A DNA stretch of 64,000 nt from Candidatus Obscuribacterales bacterium. Lineage in GTDB: Bacteria; Cyanobacteriota; Vampirovibrionia; Obscuribacterales; Obscuribacteraceae. This document shows positions 56,642-64,000 of this stretch, one piece after another (position 1 is the stretch's first letter; every line of letters starts with the position of its first letter). The stretch lies in NCBI GenBank assembly GCA_965228855.1, contig CBDDIJ010000002.1, forward strand, positions 1,344,001 to 1,408,000, written 5' to 3'. A program made the translations under genes and the position numbers. Under the pieces are notes generated by a model. It had not been told where the DNA came from. It ran no database searches and was given only the letters and a program-made list of their open reading frames with translations.

Positions 56642-58174
56642 TTACGGCTTGCGCTTTTTCTTGCGCAATTTGCGGCTACGACCGAATCCTGCCGGGTTTA
56701 CGCCGCCTGCGGTCGGTGCTTTGGGGGGTGTTCCAAAGGGGAGGCGCGGCATCCCTCCTGGCATTCCGCCAGGCATTCCACCTGGCATGCCTGGACCCTT
56801 GCCCATTGGTGGCATACCGGGAAATCCACCGGGCATTCCAGGGAAGCCACCGCCTGCGCCACCCATCATCATGGGTCGCATCATATCCATCATCTGTTTC
56901 ATTTTCTGAAAGTCATTTAATAACTGACCGATCTGCGCATCTTTGAGACCGCAACCTTTGGCGATGCGCCGTCTGCGTTTAAAATCGATGAGTTCCGGCT
57001 TCTTGCGCTCCTCTTTGGTCATGGAGTTAATAGCTGTCTCATACATCGACATCATCTGTTCGCCGTGCTCCGCGACGACTTTCTGTTGCGACGAATTGAG
57101 ACCGAACATACCGCCGACGCCCATCATTTTCATGATGTCGCCAATCGGTCCCATCTTCTTCATCATCTTTTGCATCTTGATAAACATTTCGAGCGTAAAC
57201 TCGCCCTTCAGCATGTCCATCGCGACCATCTCGGCTTCCTTCTCGTCGATATTGGCTTGCGCCTTTTCAACGAGTGACAGGACGTCGCCCATGTCGAGGA
57301 TGCGACCGGCCATACGGTCGGGATAGAAGGTTTCAAGATTGTCGAGTTTTTCACCTGTCGAGATAAACTTGATTGGTTTACCTACGATTTCTCTGACGGA
57401 GAGCGCGGCGCCGCCTCTGGCATCACCATCCACTTTTGAGAGAATCAAACCAGTCACGTCCAACTGTGTGTTGAATGTATCTGCGACGTTGACGGCTTCT
57501 TGACCAGTCATCGAATCGACGACGAGCAATTTTTCAATCGGCTCGCAGGCGCGGTCGAGAATCATCAGTTCAGCCATGAGGGCGGTGTCTACTTGCAGAC
57601 GACCGGCGGTGTCCAGAATTACCGGGTGTAGTCCTTCTTTCTTGGCGTGTTCAATTGCCTGTTCGGCGATTTCTTGAACGTCTGTCTGTCCGTGAATTGC
57701 GAAGACCGGGACGTCAATTTGCTTTCCGAGCGTTTCAAGCTGCATGATCGCGGCGGGACGTTGAACGTCGCACGCCACCATCAACGGTTTCATTCCTTCT
57801 TCTTTCAGCTTATAAGCCAGCTTCCCGGTTGCGGTCGTCTTTCCACTGCCCTGTAGACCAAGGAGCATGATTACAGCCGGTTTCCCATCTAAATTAATGG
57901 GGGTGTTCTCGCCACCAAGGATGGTGACAAGCTCGTCATGTACGATTTTGACGAATTGCTGCGTCGGGTTGACGCCCTCGATCACTTCAGCGCCAAGCGC
58001 CTGCTGTCTGACGCGGCTAATGAAGAGCTTGACCACTTTCAAGCTGACGTCCGCTTCAAGCAGCGATTTGCGAACATCGGCGATCGCCTCCTCGATGTTT
58101 TCCGCGGTGAGCTTGGCATCACCTGTAAGGTTGCGGAACGTAGAGTGCAGTTTGTCGGTCAATGTATCGAACAT
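56642..58174 (-). CDS. ffh: Signal recognition particle protein
   Basis: LLEADV, GLQGSGKTT, DTAGR, SKVDGDARGG, RRRRIAKGCG. GGMP-rich tail. Confidence 0.98.
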   Translation of the reverse strand: MFDTLTDKLHSTFRNLTGDAKLTAENIEEAIADVRKSLLEADVSLKVVKLFISRVRQQALGAEVIEGVNPTQQFVKIVHDELVTILGGENTPINLDGKPAVIMLLGLQGSGKTTATGKLAYKLKEEGMKPLMVACDVQRPAAIMQLETLGKQIDVPVFAIHGQTDVQEIAEQAIEHAKKEGLHPVILDTAGRLQVDTALMAELMILDRACEPIEKLLVVDSMTGQEAVNVADTFNTQLDVTGLILSKVDGDARGGAALSVREIVGKPIKFISTGEKLDNLETFYPDRMAGRILDMGDVLSLVEKAQANIDEKEAEMVAMDMLKGEFTLEMFIKMQKMMKKMGPIGDIMKMMGVGGMFGLNSSQQKVVAEHGEQMMSMYETAINSMTKEERKKPELIDFKRRRRIAKGCGLKDAQIGQLLNDFQKMKQMMDMMRPMMMGGAGGGFPGMPGGFPGMPPMGKGPGMPGGMPGGMPGGMPRLPFGTPPKAPTAGGVNPAGFGRSRKLRKKKRKP

Positions 58175-58225
58175 GTTTTCGATTCCTCGTTCTCTCAGGA
58201 CACCTCGGTCGCAATTGCCGAGACT

Positions 58226-59533
58226 TTAGTGAGCCGGTATTAGCTCCTTTATAACCGCAATTTTGTCCTGGATCTCTTCTGGATAGATGAGCCAGGCTGA
58301 TTCGTAATTACCATTTACAAGCGCTTCGATTGCGGGCGCGATTTTAGAAAGTTCCGTAGTTATGCCGCCTTCGGTACGCACGATGATATTCGTTTGTGGA
58401 TGGGCGTCATCCGGTCTGTAGTAATCGTAAGGGCGGAAGCCGGTCGTTTCTATGCCCAGGTAGTAGTCTGGGTCGAGCCCGGCAGCTTTAACAAGTCGGC
58501 TAGCCTCGCTCTCGATATCCTTGCGCAAGCCGGTGTCGCTAGAAGGAATGCGGATCGCCTTGAACAGGCGCCGGTCAAGGAACCTTCTCGACAGATCGGA
58601 GAGAATCGGATCCGGATCTTCGACCCAGCGCTTGATGTGATAGTTGATTTGAATATCGTCGAGCTGTTGATACTCACTGACTTTTAGCTCTTCGCCCATA
58701 AACCACTTTGCTGTTGGTTCATCCACGAAACAAACCGGCCGCGATCTGTCCGCCAAAATTCCTTTGACGCGTTTGATTAAACTCGCCAGTAAAGCTCTCG
58801 ACGCCAGATTCTTACGATGGTAGTAAACCTGTGCGTACATCGAATAACGCGCGAATAAATAATCCTCAACCGCGATCTGTCCCTTTTCACCGACAACGAT
58901 GATGCGGTCGTTCTCCTGGTCAATCTCCAGTGAGCGCAAGATTCTGTGCAACGCAAACAAACCATATTTGGTGCCGGTCATGTAGCTGTCTCGAAGCAGA
59001 TAGTCGAATCTGTCGCAGTCCAATTGGCTCGACACTATGTGCGAGATATACTTCGGTTTGTACGTTTTCTTCAACACCTTGACGATTGTTTCGGCGAGAT
59101 TCGGCATCTCCTTGAAATTGTCCAGCACCTGCCGGACTTGCGTATCACCGGCGATTATTTTGCAGGACCAGTCTTCATGGTCATAGCCCAGGATTTTTTC
59201 CGTTACGTGCGAAAAAGGCCCGTGCCCGATGTCGTGAAGAAGAGCTGATGCAAGGATCAGCGGTCGTTTTTCCGCCATGCCCTCGGTAATTTCCTGCATC
59301 TGTTCTACCAGGTTGGACGCCACATGCATGACACCCACTGAGTGCGTGAATCGTGACCCTTCAGCACCCTGGAAGGTGAAATAGGAAACTCCAAGCTGAT
59401 GAATTCGACGCAGACGCTGGAATTCGGTCGTATCGATCAGGTCGATGATCAGTCTTTCCGCGGGATCCTTCCTGTCAAGAACAATGTCCTGGTGAATCGG
59501 GTCAAGATATGTGCGTTTTTCCGTTCTATGCAT
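58226..59533 (-). CDS. HD-domain phosphohydrolase (SAMHD1/YwfO-like)
   Basis: DPIH, FQRLRRIHQLG, RFTHSVG, LLHDIGHGPFSH, LDCDRFDY, VYYH. Confidence 0.92.
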   Translation of the reverse strand: MHRTEKRTYLDPIHQDIVLDRKDPAERLIIDLIDTTEFQRLRRIHQLGVSYFTFQGAEGSRFTHSVGVMHVASNLVEQMQEITEGMAEKRPLILASALLHDIGHGPFSHVTEKILGYDHEDWSCKIIAGDTQVRQVLDNFKEMPNLAETIVKVLKKTYKPKYISHIVSSQLDCDRFDYLLRDSYMTGTKYGLFALHRILRSLEIDQENDRIIVVGEKGQIAVEDYLFARYSMYAQVYYHRKNLASRALLASLIKRVKGILADRSRPVCFVDEPTAKWFMGEELKVSEYQQLDDIQINYHIKRWVEDPDPILSDLSRRFLDRRLFKAIRIPSSDTGLRKDIESEASRLVKAAGLDPDYYLGIETTGFRPYDYYRPDDAHPQTNIIVRTEGGITTELSKIAPAIEALVNGNYESAWLIYPEEIQDKIAVIKELIPAH

Positions 59534-59686
59534 GTTCTTCCCAAGCGCAGGTCCGGCGCTCCGAGGTTTAACCCCGGCTACCGACCCCGTCGGCTTGCGC
59601 GAACCACTCTTCCGCAGTCAGAAAAGGTATCCTATTATACTTTTTATACTCTGAGCGGCGCAACCGGTGGTGAGTCCATTTCAGTC

Positions 59687-60640
59687 TTGTATCAGTTACC
59701 TCAAAACCCCTCCAGGCTGGGCGATCTCGTCGGTTTGGCCTTCCGTATGTATCGAAAGAACTGGCGTTACCTTTCGGGGCGCCTGCTGGTTCTGTCGCTC
59801 TTAGCAAGTGTCGCTGTCGCCATGATTCAGGTTTCCATACTGAATTTCGGACAGTCGCTCAAGAATAGCGAAGTGATTTCGCCTCTCGATTTCGGCATGC
59901 TTGGCGGCGGTTTGATCATTATTCTGATATGTCAGTACTTTCTCGCGCTTCGTGCGACTGCAATCTATCGGGAAATGTTCGGATTGTCCAAAGACTTTGA
60001 AGCTGGTCTGGCATATGCCAAACGTCGCAGATGGGCAGTTTTCTCCGTTTTCACAGTCGGAGCCTCGGCGCCAATCTTCGTAGCTTTCTATTGTGTGATG
60101 ATTGCACTGGTGATTTTCGGCGCCAGACTTGCATCGCCTTATGTTGGCACTGCTGCGGTGGATACCTTTATCGTTGTCGGCGGTTTCATCATGGTAGTGC
60201 TTATGGTCGTTGCGACGGCGATCACCTTGCTGTTTTCAATGGTTTTGTTCGCAGCGATTTCCAGTGAGGACGAACTGAAGTTTCTCAAAGTCATCGTGCG
60301 TGCAATTGATTTAACCATCCGCTACCCATTTCGCGGCGGCTCCTATATGTGTCTTCTTGGGCTGGCCGTCCTCGCCATTGTGTTCTCGATGAGCATTTTC
60401 TTGATGCCTTTCGAGGCCTGGGAAGCCTACAGGAGCATGAAAAACAGCGAAATGGTCTTGCCTCTTTACCTGCGCTTTCTCGAAACTATTTCGCAGACCG
60501 TCAACAACGTGGTATCGATGGCAGTGGTTTGCGCAGGAGCCGGCCTGTATTACAGAGATGTGCGATTTCGATCTGAAGGCGCCGATCTGGTTGAAAAGCT
60601 GGACAGCATACAGGCGAATAATTCGTTGTCAGGCATTTAG
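59687..60640 (+). CDS. Polytopic membrane protein of unknown function
   Basis: LGDLVGLAFRMYR start, about 6 TM helices, LYYRDVRFRSEGADL end. TTG 59687 follows GGTGGTGAG. Confidence 0.7.
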   Translation: MYQLPQNPSRLGDLVGLAFRMYRKNWRYLSGRLLVLSLLASVAVAMIQVSILNFGQSLKNSEVISPLDFGMLGGGLIIILICQYFLALRATAIYREMFGLSKDFEAGLAYAKRRRWAVFSVFTVGASAPIFVAFYCVMIALVIFGARLASPYVGTAAVDTFIVVGGFIMVVLMVVATAITLLFSMVLFAAISSEDELKFLKVIVRAIDLTIRYPFRGGSYMCLLGLAVLAIVFSMSIFLMPFEAWEAYRSMKNSEMVLPLYLRFLETISQTVNNVVSMAVVCAGAGLYYRDVRFRSEGADLVEKLDSIQANNSLSGI

Positions 60641-60676
60641 AATGGTCGGACATCAGATTTTTGCGAGGATTTGTTC

Positions 60677-62149
60677 ATGCAACTCCACTACATCAATGGC
60701 AAGTTCACCAGGGGTAGTGCCACTGAAAGTATCGACGTAATCAATCCGGCTACGGAAGATTCGATTGATTCCGTCCCTCGTGGAACTGAGAAAGATGCTC
60801 TTGCCGCTATCGACGCGGCGAAAACCGCTTTCAAATCATGGCGGCGCGTGTCTGCAAATGCGCGCGCAGAGATGATGCATGAAGCCTCCCATAAGATGAA
60901 ACAGCATCGCGATGAGATTGTTCGTCTTTTGACTCTGGAACAGGGAAAGCCGGTCCCGGAAAACGAAGAGGAATTCGAGTGGTTGGTAAATACTTTCGAA
61001 TACTATGCGGAACTGGGGCGGCATGAACGCGGTCGTGTCTTGCCTTCCGGAGAGTACAGTCAGTTGAACATGGTGATTAAGGAACCTTTCGGCGTTGCCG
61101 CCTTGATCGTTCCCTGGAACTATCCGCTTTTGTTACTCGCATGGAAACTGGCTCCCGCCCTTGCTGCCGGCAACACTGTAATTATCAAGCCGAGTGAGCT
61201 GACGCCGCTCTCGACAATCTTGCTAATCGAAAAATGCCTCGACCATTTCCCTGAGGGTGTGATTAACCTGGTGAATGGATTTGGTAAGGAAGTCGCTGAA
61301 CCAATGGTTCTTCACCGTGACGTGCCGGTAATCGCTTTTACAGGAAGCCTCGCAACCGGACAACGGATCGCATCACTGGCTGCTCCGATGATGAAGAAAC
61401 TGCACCTTGAGCTGGGCGGAAAGGATGCTTTCGTCATCGCTGAAGATGCCGATCCGGAGCTGGCTGCAAGAGCGCTGTCCTATGCTGCGCTGACAAATGC
61501 CGGACAAGTTTGCACATCGACGGAGCGCATATATTTACCGAAAAAGCGTTTCTCCGAATTCACTGAAGCGATTGTCGCCTTTGTCAAAGATCTTAGATTG
61601 GGCCCCGGTCTAGAGCCGTCAACCGATATCGGACCGATGGCCGGCGCGATTTATCGCGACAAGGTTGAAGATCACGTCAAGGATGCAGTTGCTGCTGGCG
61701 CTAAAGTTCTAACCGGTGGCAGGAGACCGGAAAAGCTTGATAAAGGCTACTTCTACGAGCCAACTGTCATGACGAATGTAAATCACTCGATGCGAATTAT
61801 GCGAGAAGAAACGTTTGGACCGGCCATGCCGCTTATGGAATACGATAGTTTTGAACAAGCCGTAGACTACGTCAACGACTGTGACTTCGGGCTTGGTGCC
61901 TGCCTTCTGACTCAAGACCCGATGCGCGCGAAGATATTTCTCGAAGAAGTGAAAGCTGGCACGATATGGATAAACGATCCACTCACCGATAATTATGCCG
62001 GCCCGTTTGGCGGCATGAAGCTTAGCGGAGGCGCACGGGAGCTTGGTATCGAGGGACTCGAAGAATTTCGCGAGACAAAACACGTGCATTGGGAATTCAA
62101 TTCGGCACCAAAAACCTGGTGGTATCCGTACGGAAAGAACGGGCAGTAG
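60677..62149 (+). CDS. NAD(P)-dependent aldehyde dehydrogenase
   Basis: PWNYP, KPSELTP, FTGS, LELGGK, AGQVC, EETFGP, PFGGMKLSG. Confidence 0.95.
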   Translation: MQLHYINGKFTRGSATESIDVINPATEDSIDSVPRGTEKDALAAIDAAKTAFKSWRRVSANARAEMMHEASHKMKQHRDEIVRLLTLEQGKPVPENEEEFEWLVNTFEYYAELGRHERGRVLPSGEYSQLNMVIKEPFGVAALIVPWNYPLLLLAWKLAPALAAGNTVIIKPSELTPLSTILLIEKCLDHFPEGVINLVNGFGKEVAEPMVLHRDVPVIAFTGSLATGQRIASLAAPMMKKLHLELGGKDAFVIAEDADPELAARALSYAALTNAGQVCTSTERIYLPKKRFSEFTEAIVAFVKDLRLGPGLEPSTDIGPMAGAIYRDKVEDHVKDAVAAGAKVLTGGRRPEKLDKGYFYEPTVMTNVNHSMRIMREETFGPAMPLMEYDSFEQAVDYVNDCDFGLGACLLTQDPMRAKIFLEEVKAGTIWINDPLTDNYAGPFGGMKLSGGARELGIEGLEEFRETKHVHWEFNSAPKTWWYPYGKNGQ

Positions 62150-62283
62150 CTTCGTTTTGATCGGGTCTGAAAACGGTGACGGTGTGCGCGTTTCCGGTCG
62201 CGCGAAGTCGCGATTTGTTTTAAACGATTTGCTCTGTTGGATGCCATCCCGCAGCCCGTCAATGTTTTAGCGATTGGTGTCTG

Positions 62284-62312
62284 TTGACAAGTTTGTGCGT
62301 ATCTACTAAGGT
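62284..62312 (+). promoter_or_regulatory. Sigma70-type promoter
   Basis: TTGACA-17 nt-TAAGGT upstream of the DUF378 gene. Confidence 0.55.
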
Positions 62313-62390
62313 GGTAAGTAAGCATGCAAATCAGCTCCAGGTGCGGAACCTGGCAGTTCTTGCGGATTTGATGCTCAGGTGATCGAATAT

Positions 62391-62597
62391 ATGAAAAACA
62401 TCGAAGTCCTCTTTACGATTTTATTGATCGTTGGTGGTATCAACTGGGGTCTTGTAGGTGCATTCAACTATAACCTGGTGACCAGCCTGCTTGGAGATGG
62501 CACCATGTCGCGAGTTGTTTATGGATTAGTAGGAATAGGCGCGCTCTATCAAGTTATGCATTATCTGAGAGCACGAATGTCCGCTAAAACAACCTAG
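62391..62597 (+). CDS. DUF378 family small membrane protein
   Basis: LLIVGGINWGLVG, SRVVYGLVGIGALY. Confidence 0.9.
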   Translation: MKNIEVLFTILLIVGGINWGLVGAFNYNLVTSLLGDGTMSRVVYGLVGIGALYQVMHYLRARMSAKTT

Positions 62598-62691
62598 GTA
62601 AAAACCCGCTTCAATTGCCATTCTTATCGGCAACTACTTTGTCGCGTTCAAACTGTGGAACGCCGGTCGATTTAAAACGGCTGCGATTGCA

Positions 62692-64000
62692 CTACTTGAT
62701 AGCGGGAATGTGAGAGCCCGGCTGGATGGTTTCGTTAAACGCGTTTTTGTCGCGTATCTGGAATACCGCGGCGCTGCGGGCTTCCATGTGGAATTCCTCT
62801 TCCATATTCCACAGGGTTTTCTTGATATTACCCGTAGTGTCAATCAGCATCTCCCAGACCAGATCGGTTTGGTGGGCGGCAAACGTATTCCAGTAATGTT
62901 CCACTTGATAGAGAGGCAGGCGGAACGGCACATCTTCCCAGTATGAATTGAGCAGAAAGATTAACGTGTTCGATTCAATCGGGTTGCCCTCATCGTCTAA
63001 TTCGTCGACGCAGGCGCCGTCAAAGAGCGCCGCGAACGTGTTGCACCCACCGAAGCTCCAGTCCGCTTCGGTCATTTCGGTGCCGTTTGGAGATATCCAC
63101 ATAATCGCTTTACGTGTCAGATCTCCTCTCTGTGAGCGGGTCACTGAGAACTTTCTCTTTTGCAGAATCGGATTGTTTTTTCTTATCGAAATCAACTTTT
63201 TCGTGAATTTCAAAAACTCTTCGTCTTCATCTGAGAAGTCCCAATTGCACCAGCTGATTTCGTTATCCTGGCAGTAGGCATTGTTGTTGCCGCCCTGGGT
63301 GCGACCAAATTCGTCGCCGCCGCAAAGCATCGGAATACCCCAGGAAAGCATCAAGGTCGTAAGCAAGTTCTTGCGCTGTTTCACGCGAAGCGCTTTGATA
63401 TCGGGATCGTCGGTTGGACCTTCGGCGCCGCAATTCCAGCTTTCGTTGTTGTTGTCGCCGTCGTTATTGTTGTCGCCGTTGGCTTCGTTGTGTTTATCGT
63501 TATAACTGACGAGGTCCTTAAGAGTGAAGCCATCGTGAGCGGTGATGAAATTGATACTTGCGCACGGGCTTCTGCCGCTGGATTGATAAAGGTCGCTGCT
63601 TCCTGCTATGCGTGTTGCAAACTCGCCTGCCTTGCCTTGATCGCCTCGCCAGAACGAGCGCACATTGTCGCGATACTTTCCATTCCACTCGCCCCAGAGT
63701 ACAGGAAAGTTTCCGACCTGATAGCCGCCCTGACCGATGTCCCATGGCTCGGCAATTAGTTTTACCTGCGAGATAATCGGATCCTGTTGAATGACGTCAA
63801 AGAAGGCGGAGAGCTTGTCTACGTCAAACAATTCTCGCGCCAGCGCGCTAGCCAGATCGAATCTGAAACCGTCAACATGCATTTCGACTACCCAGTACCG
63901 CAGGCTGTCCATCAGCAATTGCAGAACTCTCGGATGCATCATATTGAGGGTATTGCCGCAGCCGGTGTAGTCCATATAGTATCGGGCGTCTTTCGGTGTG
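62692..64000 (-). CDS. glgX: Glycogen debranching enzyme (5' part lies outside the window)
   Basis: YTGCGN, HVDGFRFDLA, LIAEPWD, NFITAHDGFTL, GNNNAYCQDN. Confidence 0.95.
   Translation of the reverse strand, partial: TPKDARYYMDYTGCGNTLNMMHPRVLQLLMDSLRYWVVEMHVDGFRFDLASALARELFDVDKLSAFFDVIQQDPIISQVKLIAEPWDIGQGGYQVGNFPVLWGEWNGKYRDNVRSFWRGDQGKAGEFATRIAGSSDLYQSSGRSPCASINFITAHDGFTLKDLVSYNDKHNEANGDNNNDGDNNNESWNCGAEGPTDDPDIKALRVKQRKNLLTTLMLSWGIPMLCGGDEFGRTQGGNNNAYCQDNEISWCNWDFSDEDEEFLKFTKKLISIRKNNPILQKRKFSVTRSQRGDLTRKAIMWISPNGTEMTEADWSFGGCNTFAALFDGACVDELDDEGNPIESNTLIFLLNSYWEDVPFRLPLYQVEHYWNTFAAHQTDLVWEMLIDTTGNIKKTLWNMEEEFHMEARSAAVFQIRDKNAFNETIQPGSHIPAIK

Noticed and set aside
59399..59686. N-terminal extension of the membrane-protein ORF overlapping the HD gene
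   Set aside because: It overlaps the divergent HD gene and its promoter region; TTG 59687 with an RBS is the better start.

Overview
A gene-dense bacterial window of roughly 50% GC. I found no rRNA, tRNA, CRISPR array or intact mobile element. Gene content and order suggest, by inference only, a non-photosynthetic cyanobacterial relative (Vampirovibrionia/Melainabacteria, Obscuribacterales-like). The first ~46 kb is dominated by cell-surface glycan and sulfur genes: four PAPS-dependent sulfotransferases, cysD plus fused cysNC, cysQ, a WbsX/GH99-like enzyme, a methyltransferase, Wzm/Wzt, GT2, an MBOAT plus SGNH pair, five GT-C-type membrane proteins, and an Rrf2-TauE-DUF2490 unit with a palindromic operator. 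Together these point to a sulfated, ABC-exported glycan system. The rest is mostly housekeeping: gcvT, gcvH, acyl-CoA dehydrogenase, HD protein, ffh-rpsP-KH, aldehyde dehydrogenase and partial glgX. The most unusual signals are: (1) a 142-nt dual-coding overlap between rpsP and the KH gene, in which a GGSGGGYR repeat varies only synonymously in the KH frame; (2) a ~126-nt rod-like RNA with a competing hairpin just upstream of gcvT that lacks glycine-riboswitch motifs; (3) paralogous sulfotransferases with coiled-coil/SxxW tails resembling chain-terminator rulers; (4) a probable internally deleted nucleotidyltransferase remnant. All family calls come from motif recognition by eye, not from database searches.
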